The notes under the pieces were generated by a model. The model saw only the letters and a list, made by a program, of their open reading frames with translations, was not told the DNA's origin and did not search any database. From an uncultured Alphaproteobacteria bacterium (GTDB taxonomy: Bacteria; Pseudomonadota; Alphaproteobacteria; Rhizobiales; Rhizobiaceae), in the NCBI GenBank assembly GCA_963714735.1, contig CAVQPI010000012.1:295806-359805 (forward strand): DNA of 64,000 bases. The letters are read 5' to 3'. Shown in pieces: positions 33,349 through 43,762 of the stretch (its first letter is position 1; every line of letters begins with the position of its first letter). Position numbers and translations under genes: made by a program.

Positions 33349-34770
33349 TCAGACAGTTGACCGGATGTGCGGGGAACGCCCGTATAGTGCGACCATCGGT
33401 AGTATCAGCAGGCCAAAAATGAATTGCTGCCATTCATACTGGAGGCCGATTCCCAATAGGAATGAGGTAAGTACCTGCAAGACAAGAACGCCGATAACTG
33501 TGAAACCGTAGCCGCCATTGCCGCCAAGCAACGAGGTTCCACCGATTACAACAGCCGCCAATGTGGTGAATAGATACGGGTCCCCTACCCCGATAAACGC
33601 CCCACCGGACCAGCCCAGCAACAGGCAGCCTGCAAGCGCGGCGAAAATGCCGGAAATCACATAGCAGCCGACCCAGTACTTGAACTCACTTATGCCAATC
33701 AGCTTCGCGGAACGTCGATTGCCGCCAAGGGCGTAGAGGTTCCGCCCCCAGGACGTGACCCGCATGCCGACAATCAGCATCACCGCTATTGCGATCCAGA
33801 TTGCAATCGTGGGCGGAAACGGTAGGCCGAAAAACTTGCCATTCATTGCTGCCAGGTTTGAGAGCCAGCCAGGCACGGTTCCGAATACGTTCCCGGCATA
33901 CTGGGAGCCGATTGATGTCATCATCTGGGTGAAGCCTGCCACTGCAAAGCCGGTTCCCAACGTGACAATGAGGGCCTGTCCCTGCAGGCGGAAACTCATG
34001 ATACCGTTCAGTAGGCCCACGATCCCGCCAAGCACAAGAATGAAGCCAAAAGCGACATAGGAGGGAACGCCCAGTGTGATCAGGAAAAGCAACGCGATGT
34101 TGGAGGATCCGATGACGAATGGTATCGACAAGTCCAGACCACCCATCAGCGCAACCATGGTCTGGCCAACCGACGCAATCCCCAGAAAAGCCGCGAATAG
34201 CAGCACTGCACGAATATTGGGAGCCGAAAGAAACCCTTCGATGGAGAAGGCCGAAATCACGATGAGAGCAAAAAGTACCATCAGGCCGATAAAGGCACTA
34301 CGGCCAGCGGCAAAGAAAGGCGATACCTTGAAGGCGAACAGGATCGTCAGTTCCAGCACCAGGAAGGCGATAAGGTTCTTTATCGATCTGAATTCGGGAA
34401 CACCCCCAGTGATCAGCAGATAGAGAATAAGCAGACCAACCATGGCGAGGATCATGACGTAGTTGTTGCGCCACAACTCTCGAATCTGGCCAGCTTCAGA
34501 TCTCCCGCCAGATGCACCACTATCCCTTGCCGCATCCGAACGCCCCTCGAACAGAACCGCCACGTAGTTGAGCAACACGAAGAACGCCGCTGCAATGATG
34601 ACGGTAAACAGAATGACTTGTTGGGCGGCAAGCGTACCCTGTGAGAAGCCAACACCCAATCCAATTGCTGCAAGCACAAGGGTGAGCGCGATGTTGAGCC
34701 ATACAATACCCCTTGACGAGGGCACCGGAAGGAGGGTCAAAAACCGCCTTTGCTGATCTGGCTTGCTCAT
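33349..34770 (-). CDS. sugar-type ABC transporter permease (RbsC/AraH family) with an extra N-terminal region
   Basis: 473 aa with the family-typical permease core. Confidence 0.7.
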   Translation of the reverse strand: MSKPDQQRRFLTLLPVPSSRGIVWLNIALTLVLAAIGLGVGFSQGTLAAQQVILFTVIIAAAFFVLLNYVAVLFEGRSDAARDSGASGGRSEAGQIRELWRNNYVMILAMVGLLILYLLITGGVPEFRSIKNLIAFLVLELTILFAFKVSPFFAAGRSAFIGLMVLFALIVISAFSIEGFLSAPNIRAVLLFAAFLGIASVGQTMVALMGGLDLSIPFVIGSSNIALLFLITLGVPSYVAFGFILVLGGIVGLLNGIMSFRLQGQALIVTLGTGFAVAGFTQMMTSIGSQYAGNVFGTVPGWLSNLAAMNGKFFGLPFPPTIAIWIAIAVMLIVGMRVTSWGRNLYALGGNRRSAKLIGISEFKYWVGCYVISGIFAALAGCLLLGWSGGAFIGVGDPYLFTTLAAVVIGGTSLLGGNGGYGFTVIGVLVLQVLTSFLLGIGLQYEWQQFIFGLLILPMVALYGRSPHIRSTV

Positions 34771-36108
34771 GATGACCGCCCCAGAAGTTGAAAGTCAGGT
34801 TGAACAAGTATGGCGACCGCCAATGCAGCAATCATCAGGGCGACGAAGAGATACAGAAAGAGGCTCATTTTGCTGCTGTCTGCTTCGGCATCCATCAATC
34901 GTGCGGCTGCAACAAAGGCAATAACGGCAAACGCCACAGCAAACGCCAACCCCTGGATCGAGGTAATCATCCAACCGTCGTCGCCAACAGCCCGCACAGG
35001 ATCGAAAAGAAAGTACTTGTCGCCAAGGAGACCGGACACAGCCTGGTATTCTCCAATCCCATAACTCGAACTGGTGCCTACATGTAGCATGATCCCGACG
35101 ACTACGAGGCCAAGCACCAGAAAGACACTCCAGGGTGACAGAAAAGAAATGTATTTCGACAGGACAGGGACCAGGAGCGTAAGCAGCAGGGACAGCACCA
35201 GGATCAGCCCATAAACCATCTGGGTCATGAAGGCCTGAATCGCTCCGAAGTTGAAAGTTGCCAGGACATAGCCGATCAGCCAGAGGCTTACCGCGCCAAG
35301 CAATGCGCCCGTGACCCCGCCGCGCCCGCCCGATAGTGCGATCCCCCCCAGCACCAGGGCGGTTACGGCTGTCAGAAGTCATGTTCTGGCCCTGCGTAGG
35401 ATCGCCAGAAGAGATTAGCGCCGTGTAACAGATTGCGCCCAGTGCTACGTAGATCCCGGCAATAAGATGAGCGCCTAACCGAACCAGGTTTGTCTTTACA
35501 CCGGAGGTCCATGCCGCCCGCTCGTCGTAACCCGTCATGCGCAGGTTTGCGTAGAAACTCGTGGTTGTGAAAACATACCAGCCAAGGGTTGCAATAACGA
35601 GGATCAGAAAAACTGGCGAGAAAATCTGGGTTCCACTGCCCCACGTCGCCATGAACTCTGGCGCGGTGCCACCCGGTCTTGGCAGAATTACGAGGTTGAT
35701 TCCGGTCAGGGCGAGGAATCCTGAGAGTGACACGATAATAGGTTGGACCCGCACCCAGATCACGATCAGGGCAAATAAAAGCTGGTATGCCATGCCGAGC
35801 CCGATCGCCACGATGAAAGTGGCAATCGCTCCGTCGAGGTAGCCTGCCGTACTCATCTTCACCACTATGACATTGATGAAGGCGAGCAGCGGACCCACAG
35901 CGAGATCGACGGTGCCGCGCCCGGCAATCGCAAGGACCATCAGCGAATAAGTAGCCAGTATGAGCGGTGCTGCCACAATGATGGCTCCGCCGATTCCAGC
36001 AGGCGTGACAAGGTTCGGCCCCCGGATGACCGCGGTGGAAAAAAGCACCGCTATCAGGGCGATCGGTACCAGGAGGTACGCATTCGAGGAGGACGATGAC
36101 TGTGTCAT
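34767..36108 (-). CDS. sugar-type ABC transporter permease, split by an apparent frameshift near 35350-35400
   Basis: The N-terminal two-thirds are in ORF 34795-36108 (permease-like until about aa 240). The C-terminal part is in ORF 34767-35354. Confidence 0.65.
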
Positions 36109-36179
36109 TTGCCTTTACGGTTCGAGTTTCACAATCCCCCGGCAAACGAATTGCCGAGGGCTCGCTCTAATGGACATTC

Positions 36180-37139
36180 CTACAGATCAACCACCCGTCT
36201 ATCGGAATTGCGTTCTGTCTGGCGTGCAGAGTTGGAAGCTGGCTCACTGTGAGGCGATGACCATTCGCGGGTATTTCCGCCGCGGCGCTTCGGGTCGTTC
36301 TGAATGATCTTCTTTAGTACAGGGCTGATAACTTCCTTGAACTTGTCAGGATCCTCGGAGGTCGGAAAGTGTCCGCCGCTAAAGATGACGCATTCGGAGT
36401 TCTTTACCTTCTCCGCCGTGCGCCGCGTCATTTCGGGGGTGCAGGCAAAGTCGTATTCGCCGGTCAGGAAGTAGATCGGTACCCGTCCCGAAATCTTGTG
36501 GACCTTGTCGCGAAAATCGGAGTCTACTGAATAGAAGTACAGGTCACCCTTGAAGATGCCCGGACCACCCTGAGCATAATACCACCAGGTCTCCCAGCGG
36601 TATTCGTCAGGGCTGTCGGGCGCCATCAAGCCGAAAGTGGAGGTGGCAACCGCCTCACCGCCATGAATGTGGGGATGATGCAGCGGATCGATCCACCAGC
36701 CCGGAGAGTGATCACAGCCCTCAAGGGAGATCAGTGCTGAAAATTCATTTTCGAACCGCAGCGCCAGATCAAGGCAAATATTGCCGCCCATGGATTGCCC
36801 CATCACCACGGGCTTTTCCAGTTCAAGTGCCCTGCAGAATTCGAGTATGAATTCCGAATAGAAGGTGGTGGTAAGCTTGTACTCGTCTTCCATCATGTGC
36901 CAGCCGGCCGGAGGAATCGACTTACCGTGCCAAGGCAGGTCGAATGCAATAACCCGAAAGTTCTTGGAAATATCGGGATCACACATCTGGTGACGATACT
37001 GCCGGTTGTCCGTGCCCGCAGTATGCAGGCATACCATGGGAATACCTTCGCCATTTTCCTCGTAATACGTTCGGTAGGTCTTTCCCTGGCAGGTGACGTA
37101 TACGTAACGTCCGACGATCGGATCGTGTTTGTTCATCAT
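36180..37139 (-). CDS. alpha/beta-fold hydrolase
   Basis: Nucleophile elbow GQSMGG. The last 40 aa look like read-through. Confidence 0.7.
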   Translation of the reverse strand: MMNKHDPIVGRYVYVTCQGKTYRTYYEENGEGIPMVCLHTAGTDNRQYRHQMCDPDISKNFRVIAFDLPWHGKSIPPAGWHMMEDEYKLTTTFYSEFILEFCRALELEKPVVMGQSMGGNICLDLALRFENEFSALISLEGCDHSPGWWIDPLHHPHIHGGEAVATSTFGLMAPDSPDEYRWETWWYYAQGGPGIFKGDLYFYSVDSDFRDKVHKISGRVPIYFLTGEYDFACTPEMTRRTAEKVKNSECVIFSGGHFPTSEDPDKFKEVISPVLKKIIQNDPKRRGGNTREWSSPHSEPASNSARQTERNSDRRVVDL

Positions 37140-37147
37140 AGTTCTCC

Positions 37148-37552
37148 TTAAACTTCGCGCATCAGGGCGAGCATCCAGGTCAGGGCCCGCATGTTCTGCC
37201 AGAAAGTCAGCTGATTGCCTTCAATGACGAGTTGCTTGTGCAATGGGTGCGCCATTGCCCAGATATCGTTGAACATTGGTGGTGGCGTGGTCTGGCTGAA
37301 CTTTGCCCAAGCTGATGAAGGGGCACGCAATGCGAATTCGTAACCAAGATCGGAAGGCTCAAGGCCTTCAGATATCTTCTCGATCTTTCCCTTGCGCACG
37401 TGCAGGAGGAAGTCCGTATCATCAATCCCGAGCACGAAGCGCGAGTTGAAGAAGCGGCTCAACTTCGGTAGCACGCGATCCTCATTGACCCGACGTGCCC
37501 AACGCTCGACCCATTCAAGATCGAAACTTTTTCTGCTGCCATACTTGCTCAT
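37148..37552 (-). CDS. hypothetical protein (134 aa), operonic with the ABC transporter and hydrolase
   Basis: No motif recognised. Tightly spaced between the ATPase and hydrolase genes. Confidence 0.45.
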   Translation of the reverse strand: MSKYGSRKSFDLEWVERWARRVNEDRVLPKLSRFFNSRFVLGIDDTDFLLHVRKGKIEKISEGLEPSDLGYEFALRAPSSAWAKFSQTTPPPMFNDIWAMAHPLHKQLVIEGNQLTFWQNMRALTWMLALMREV

Positions 37553-37568
37553 TTTTCTCTCCTGTCTT

Positions 37569-39734
37569 TCAGGCTACCGCCGGCAATGCGGCTTTGGCTG
37601 GGCCGTAGATTGCTGTGAAGCTGGTTTGGTCTATGGCCAGAGGAAGTATTGCCTGGGCAAATGCGGTGAGATCCGCATCAGCCGGCAAGTCGATCGACCT
37701 GACCTTGAGTGCATAGAGGGTAAAGACGTATCTGTGTGCCCGGTCTGGCGGCCATGGCCCGCCATAGCCTCGTCCAAAGCCGGGAATGGCAAATGTCACA
37801 AAATCGGAATTCAACTCCTGGGATCCCGAAGGCATAGCAGCCGTCATCGAAGCACCTTCGGGAAGGCTGCGGGCATCAGCGGGTATGTTGTAGACGAGCC
37901 AATGGGCGAAGCTGCGCGGGAAATTGAATTCCGCAGGCAGGTCGGGGTCGGTAACAGAGAGTGCAAAGCTTTGCGTACCCTCGGGAACGCCCTCCCATTC
38001 GAGCGCCGGTGAGCGCCGGTTCTTTTCGGCATAACGGTCCGGGATAACCTGACCCTGGCCGATGTCGGGGGCAATTATCAGAAAACCGGATTGGTTCATC
38101 TTGATCCTCCTGCTGATTTCGGGGGAGAGGCGCACTGACCGCGCTTCCGGTCTGCCATCATCGTTCAACTGCCGATATGTCTGGGTATCGTTGGCCGGAC
38201 CTGTCTCTTCTTCCAGCAACCGGGCGTCAGGACGCCGCCCAAATGTGGCGTTGAGTATGACATGGGCATCAAAGGGAGGTTCGAATGAACTCCAGACAAC
38301 GCCGCCCCTGAACACAAGGACGCGATTGCACAGGTCAAGAAATTCCTCGATTTCGGACGACAGAAACGCGACACCATTACCGCGCGCCGCAAACTGACGG
38401 AGGTTGCGGTAGAGATCGAGCTTGGCTCCAATATCAATGCCGCGCGCAGGATCATTGAGTACAAGGACGCCGGGACGCTCTGCAAATGCCCTGGCAATCA
38501 GGATCTTCTGCTGATTGCCGCCGGACAAGGAGGTGATGAGGTCGCCGCTGTCCCCCATCTTGGTTTCGAGCTTGGCGGTCTCGTGCTCGAAAACCGCCCC
38601 AAGCTTGCCTGTATCGATAATGTTTAGGGCACCACCTGTTGAGTAGTCGGGATAGATCGACATGCACATGTTTTCAAAGATGGAAAGGTTTGGAAAGATC
38701 CCTTCCTTCTTGCGATCGCCTGAAACGTAGGCAATGCCGCTCTCGCGGGCTGTGGCTAGATTGAGGACCGGTTCTGCCTTCCCGTCCCGCACGATGTGAA
38801 TGGCACCATCAACAAGGTTCTGCACACCGGCAAGTGCACGAACAAAGTCAGACTGACCCTGGCCATCAAGACCGGTAATACCCACCACCTCGCCCGGATA
38901 GAGATTGAAATCAAAGCGTGTAGTATCGGGCCATACCCTTATGTCGGTCATGCGGATAATCGGCTGTCCGGGCTGCGGCACCACCGGCTTGCTCACCGAG
39001 TGGGCTTTCTCGCGCTCGGGCCCAGCGATCATGTGCAGGATATTTTCTTCCGTGATTTCATGTTTTTCCAGCGTGCCGACCGAAATGCCGTCCCGCAACA
39101 CCGTCGCCCGGTCTGCAATTCGCACCAACTCCGCGATACGATGGGTTACGATGAAGATCGCACATCCGGTCGCCTTCAGTTCGCGCATCTTGGCAAACAG
39201 CCGCTCCGTTGCCTCGAAATCGAGCGCCGCGGAACTTTCATCCAGGATGAGAACGCGCGGATTTGTAAGGATGCCCCGGGCTATCGTGATCCATTGCTTG
39301 ATAGAGAGCGGCAGGTCGCCAACGATAGTGTCCGGATCAATGTCGAAGCCGAGAAGGTCACTCATCACTTCCTGGGCGCGCACATAGCGTACTTCGTGAG
39401 ATTCTGCTGTACCCAACAGGCCGTCAGCGCCAAGAAACAGATTGTCGATGATCGAACATTCGTCTGCAACCAGGACTTCCTGATAGACGTTGGCGATGCC
39501 CAGTGCCTTTGATTCAGATGGGGTCGTCGCGCTCTTGCCGAAGATCGATACCTGTCCCTGATCGGGAACAAGTACACCTGATATCACCTTGGCTAGCGTC
39601 GATTTTCCAGAACCATTGCCGCCAATTATTGCGTGCACCTCACCCTCGTATGCGCGCAGGCTTACCTTGTCGAGCGCAACGGTAGGACCGAAGGTCTTTC
39701 GAACGTCATACAGTTCTGCAGCAACTGAGGACAC
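37569..39734 (-). CDS. sugar ABC transporter ATP-binding protein (two NBDs) fused in-frame to a C-terminal YbhB/YbcL (PEBP-family) domain
   Basis: Walker A GGNGSGKST and signature LSGG in both halves. The C-terminal 190 aa has the YbhB hallmark GRGYGGPWPPDRAHRYVFTLYAL and begins at an internal Met (MNQSGF). Confidence 0.7.
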   Translation of the reverse strand: MSSVAAELYDVRKTFGPTVALDKVSLRAYEGEVHAIIGGNGSGKSTLAKVISGVLVPDQGQVSIFGKSATTPSESKALGIANVYQEVLVADECSIIDNLFLGADGLLGTAESHEVRYVRAQEVMSDLLGFDIDPDTIVGDLPLSIKQWITIARGILTNPRVLILDESSAALDFEATERLFAKMRELKATGCAIFIVTHRIAELVRIADRATVLRDGISVGTLEKHEITEENILHMIAGPEREKAHSVSKPVVPQPGQPIIRMTDIRVWPDTTRFDFNLYPGEVVGITGLDGQGQSDFVRALAGVQNLVDGAIHIVRDGKAEPVLNLATARESGIAYVSGDRKKEGIFPNLSIFENMCMSIYPDYSTGGALNIIDTGKLGAVFEHETAKLETKMGDSGDLITSLSGGNQQKILIARAFAERPGVLVLNDPARGIDIGAKLDLYRNLRQFAARGNGVAFLSSEIEEFLDLCNRVLVFRGGVVWSSFEPPFDAHVILNATFGRRPDARLLEEETGPANDTQTYRQLNDDGRPEARSVRLSPEISRRIKMNQSGFLIIAPDIGQGQVIPDRYAEKNRRSPALEWEGVPEGTQSFALSVTDPDLPAEFNFPRSFAHWLVYNIPADARSLPEGASMTAAMPSGSQELNSDFVTFAIPGFGRGYGGPWPPDRAHRYVFTLYALKVRSIDLPADADLTAFAQAILPLAIDQTSFTAIYGPAKAALPAVA

Positions 39735-39831
39735 GATACAGGCTCCCGGTGTGCCTCAGCGCGGCACACGGTTCTTGAATTTGTTGAGTGATGTAAGGCG
39801 TGCCTGAAGGAACAGGCACGCCTCGCTTTGT

Positions 39832-41019
39832 TTACTGCTTTGCAGGATGGGAAGCCGTATCGTAGGCTTCAGGATCGGCAGGGCGAAGGAAGAAATTGTC
39901 GAGGAATTCCTTGCCTGCCCATTTTTCGATGCCTGGATGATACCAGCCGCTCGACTGCTCTGAGCAATCGGCTGGAATGGCAGCCATCATCTCTTCCTTG
40001 TTCATCGTTACCGGCTTGGTAAGGATGGACTGGATCTTTGGTCCCTGGCCCTGGAGCGTGCGCATCATGATGTTCCAGATCATCTCGAAATCATCGCCTG
40101 GAGGCCATGTATGAATGGCTGCGGAGACATAGTCGGGATTGTTGCGCCAGTAGCAAAGCGCGCCCTCTTCCGAACCTATCGTGATCGGCACCATTGGGCG
40201 TCCCGATTGCAACAGGGCACGAAGTCCGCCGAGTTCGGAAGCCGACTGGATAATAATCCCGTCCAGTTTGCCCGGATTTGTTGCAAGCCAACGCTGCACT
40301 TCGGCCTGTGCGACCTGATCGGTCCACATCCCGGCAATCGGACCTTCTACCTCGATGTCAGGAAATTCAGCCATGGCAGCTTCAATGCCAAGGTTCTGAC
40401 TGTCGGAAGCCGACGCACCCGGAATCCCCTCGACGTTGAGAACGCGGCCCTTGCCACCGATCTCGTTGGCCATCCACTCACCCATCATGCGCCCACCAAC
40501 AACGAAGTTGGCTGATGAGTTAACCGAATACGGACTTGTGAGATAACCGATGCCAGAAAATACCGCGACACCATTATTGTAGGCATATTCCACCGCAGCA
40601 TTGAGGGCTGTCGGGTTGGAGCAGCATACGATCACCGCATCCACACCTTGGTCCACCAATTGCCGAATCTGCTGAATCTGTGTGGCATCGTTCAGGTTGG
40701 ACTGGGTGACCACAACCTCACTGATCATGCCCAGTTCTTTCCATTTGGGGATGAGATGGTTCTGAAGTCGATCCATCACACCCGCGCGCCAAGTGTTGCC
40801 TGCATAGGAAGAGGCATAACCGATTTTCCATGGCGGCGGATTCTTGGCGACGAAATCCCGATAAGCGCTCTCACCAAGCGGCTGATTTGGATCCATGAGT
40901 TGTTCATTGTATAGCTGGTTCCGGATGTCCTCCGGAAGCTCGTCCACGCCGGCATGGGCTGTTGTAGACACCAGTGCGGCAACGCCTACGGTCATTATCC
41001 GTTTTATGATCGGATGCAT
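39832..41019 (-). CDS. ABC transporter periplasmic sugar-binding protein
   Basis: Signal peptide MHPIIKRIMTVGVAALVSTTAHA. 395 aa type-I periplasmic binding fold. Confidence 0.75.
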   Translation of the reverse strand: MHPIIKRIMTVGVAALVSTTAHAGVDELPEDIRNQLYNEQLMDPNQPLGESAYRDFVAKNPPPWKIGYASSYAGNTWRAGVMDRLQNHLIPKWKELGMISEVVVTQSNLNDATQIQQIRQLVDQGVDAVIVCCSNPTALNAAVEYAYNNGVAVFSGIGYLTSPYSVNSSANFVVGGRMMGEWMANEIGGKGRVLNVEGIPGASASDSQNLGIEAAMAEFPDIEVEGPIAGMWTDQVAQAEVQRWLATNPGKLDGIIIQSASELGGLRALLQSGRPMVPITIGSEEGALCYWRNNPDYVSAAIHTWPPGDDFEMIWNIMMRTLQGQGPKIQSILTKPVTMNKEEMMAAIPADCSEQSSGWYHPGIEKWAGKEFLDNFFLRPADPEAYDTASHPAKQ

Positions 41020-41389
41020 TTGATCTCCTCCCGTGAGTTCAGGAACGCTTTTCGTTCACCGGAAGGATTCGTACGCCAAAGGTGCGGCTGCGGAGAAAGA
41101 CAAAAGGACTATACCCCCCATACGATAGGGATATGCACTGGCCTGAACGGGCGAAAAGACAGTCCGTTCATCTTGGCAAGTTGGAATTTATGCTATTGTA
41201 ATTGTTAGGAATTTTATCAAAATTGGGTTGCAGAATTCGTTGCTGATCCACTAACTTCCAGATATAGGCGAGGTTTATGGGGCCTTGTTGAAGGCCTTAT
41301 TTGCCCATGCCTTTTTATTCGGTCATACAAGTCCGGATACAGCCGCGACGGGAAAGTCGTCAAATGCCAATTCAGAGTTGGAGCAACAG

Positions 41390-42553
41390 ATGAACCTGCA
41401 GGCCAATGATCCATATGAAGATATTCGCGAAGGTGTTCGTGCCTTGTGCCAGGAATATCCCGACGCCTATCACCGCAAGGTCGACGAGGAACGCGGGTAT
41501 CCCGAAGAATTCGTCGAAGCGCTTACGAAGGCCGGATGGATGGCTGCCCTGATTCCTGTGGAGTATGGCGGTTCTGGCCTGGGCCTCGCCGAAGCTTCGG
41601 TAATCATGGAAGAGGTCAACCGATCGGGCGGCAATTCTGGCGCCTGCCACGGACAGATGTACAACATGAACACGCTGGTTCGCCATGGCTCGGAAGAGCA
41701 GCGGCAAAAGTACTTGCCAAAGATTGCGGCGGGCGAGTTGCGACTGCAATCGATGGGCGTGACCGAGCCGACGACTGGCACCGACACGACACAGCTCAAG
41801 ACCACAGCAGTAAAGAAGGGCGATCGGTATGTGATAAATGGCCAGAAGGTCTGGATCAGCAGGGTGCAGCATTCTGATCTGATGATCCTTTTGGCACGCA
41901 CCACCCCGCTTTCAGAGGTCAAAAAGAAGTCCGACGGCCTTTCCATCTTCCTGGTTGACATCAAGGAGGCCATGCAAAACGGCATGACAGTCAAACCGAT
42001 CAGGAACATGGTCAATCATGAAACCAACGAACTCTTCTTCGACAATCTTGAAATTCCCGAAGAGAACCTGATCGGCGAAGAAGGCAAGGGTTTCAAATAC
42101 ATCATGACGGGGTTGAATGCCGAGCGGGTCTTGATCGCTGCTGAATGTATTGGGGACGGGTACTGGTTTGTCGAACGCGTAACCAATTATGCGAAGGAAC
42201 GGGTGGTGTTTGGCAGGCCGATTGGCCAGAATCAGGGCGTCCAATTCCCGATTGCCGAATCCTATATTGAAGTGGAAGCGGCAAGCCTGATGCGGTTTCG
42301 GGCCTGCGAACTGTTCGACGCCGGTTTGCCTTGCGGCGCGGAAGCCAATATGTCGAAATATCTTGCTGCGAAAGCCAGTTGGGAGGCTGCCAATGCCTGC
42401 CTTCAGTTCCATGGCGGCTTCGGATTCGCGGCTGAATACGATATCGAACGCAAGTTCAGGGAAACCCGGCTTTACCAGGTCGCCCCGATTTCAACCAATC
42501 TGATCCTAAGCCACATTGCCGAGCATGTTCTTGGCCTGCCAAGGTCCTTCTGA
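41390..42553 (+). CDS. acyl-CoA dehydrogenase
   Basis: ACAD motifs (TEPTTGTD, C-terminal catalytic region). The preferred start is MNLQANDPYED. The stop overlaps the downstream CoA-transferase start (ATGA). Confidence 0.8.
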   Translation: MNLQANDPYEDIREGVRALCQEYPDAYHRKVDEERGYPEEFVEALTKAGWMAALIPVEYGGSGLGLAEASVIMEEVNRSGGNSGACHGQMYNMNTLVRHGSEEQRQKYLPKIAAGELRLQSMGVTEPTTGTDTTQLKTTAVKKGDRYVINGQKVWISRVQHSDLMILLARTTPLSEVKKKSDGLSIFLVDIKEAMQNGMTVKPIRNMVNHETNELFFDNLEIPEENLIGEEGKGFKYIMTGLNAERVLIAAECIGDGYWFVERVTNYAKERVVFGRPIGQNQGVQFPIAESYIEVEAASLMRFRACELFDAGLPCGAEANMSKYLAAKASWEAANACLQFHGGFGFAAEYDIERKFRETRLYQVAPISTNLILSHIAEHVLGLPRSF

Positions 42554-43698
42554 TGACAACCAAGCAACTTCCCCTCGAAGGCATCAACGTGGTCACCATC
42601 GAACAGGCGGTGGCAGCACCCTATTGCACGATGCGACTGGCCGATGCTGGCGCGAATGTCATCAAGATCGAGCGTCCCGAAGGCGACTTTGCCCGCGGCT
42701 ATGACAAGGCAGCAAATGGCTTGTCGAGTTACTTCGTCTGGCTGAACCGGGGGAAAAATTCGAGGATCGTCGACCTTGCATGCCACGAAGGGAAGCAGAA
42801 ACTTGAAGAACTGATTTCGAAGGCGGACATTCTGATACAGAATCTGCGCAATGGAGCCATGGCGCGACAGGGCTTTGCGCCCGAAAGGCTGATAAAAGAA
42901 TATCCATCCCTCATCATCTGCTCGATTTCAGGCTATGGCGAAGAAGGCCCAATGGCCGACCGCAAAGCCTATGACCTGCTAATCCAGGCTGAATCCGGGC
43001 TTTGCTCCATCACTGGAGGACCAGAGGAGCCTGCGAGGGTCGGCGTATCTGTCGTTGATCTGGCCACGGGCGCTGCCGCTCATTCGGCAATTCTCGAAGC
43101 GCTCATACAGCGTTCCCACACGGACAAGGGCTCGGTGATCTCTGTTTCAATGTTCGATGTCATGGCTGAGTGGCTGACAGTGCCTCTGCTTAACCATGAA
43201 TCCGGCAATACCCCCAAACGGATCGGTATGGCACATCCCTCGATCGCGCCGTACGGGATGTTCAAGACGATGGACGGAGTGGATATCCTGATTTCCATCC
43301 AGAGTGACCGGGAATGGGCAAGGCTATGTAGCGATTTTCTAAGGCGCCCGGAACTTGCCGATGATCCACAATATGCGACCAATGTCGTCCGTGTTGCAAA
43401 CCGTGAAGAAACCGACGCCATTGTGGCCAACGGATTTGCTAATGTTGACAGTTCACTTGTAAGCAATGTGTTGACAAATGCCGATATCGCCTTTGCCTTT
43501 GTCAGTGACATGGAAAAACTCTCACGCCACCCGCATTTGCGGCGGATCACAGTGGAAACGCCGAATGGCCCTGTTTCAATTCCCGCACCCGGCACGATCT
43601 TTGACCATGAGGACAGACAGTATGGTCCGGTGCCGGCTTTGAATGAAGGGCTTCAGTCGGATATGAATGCAGCCGGCAAGGAAACGAAATTGGCCTGA
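42553..43698 (+). CDS. family III CoA-transferase (CaiB/BaiF; itaconate CoA-transferase Ict-like)
   Basis: 381 aa with family-typical N-terminal Rossmann segment (VVTIEQAVAAPYCTMRLADAGANVIKIE). Confidence 0.8.
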   Translation: MTTKQLPLEGINVVTIEQAVAAPYCTMRLADAGANVIKIERPEGDFARGYDKAANGLSSYFVWLNRGKNSRIVDLACHEGKQKLEELISKADILIQNLRNGAMARQGFAPERLIKEYPSLIICSISGYGEEGPMADRKAYDLLIQAESGLCSITGGPEEPARVGVSVVDLATGAAAHSAILEALIQRSHTDKGSVISVSMFDVMAEWLTVPLLNHESGNTPKRIGMAHPSIAPYGMFKTMDGVDILISIQSDREWARLCSDFLRRPELADDPQYATNVVRVANREETDAIVANGFANVDSSLVSNVLTNADIAFAFVSDMEKLSRHPHLRRITVETPNGPVSIPAPGTIFDHEDRQYGPVPALNEGLQSDMNAAGKETKLA

Positions 43699-43762
43699 TG
43701 CGCACTTGCTTCAAGCTGTGCCAACCTGTTTGTTGAAATCCATCCTGAAGTATGAACTGTTT

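Noticed and set aside
35372-36145. 257-aa ORF and the 3' tail of ORF 34795-36108 (Arg/Pro/Gly-rich translations)
   Set aside because: These are out-of-frame read-throughs of the frameshifted ABC permease gene. Their composition is typical of wrong-frame translation of GC-rich coding DNA.
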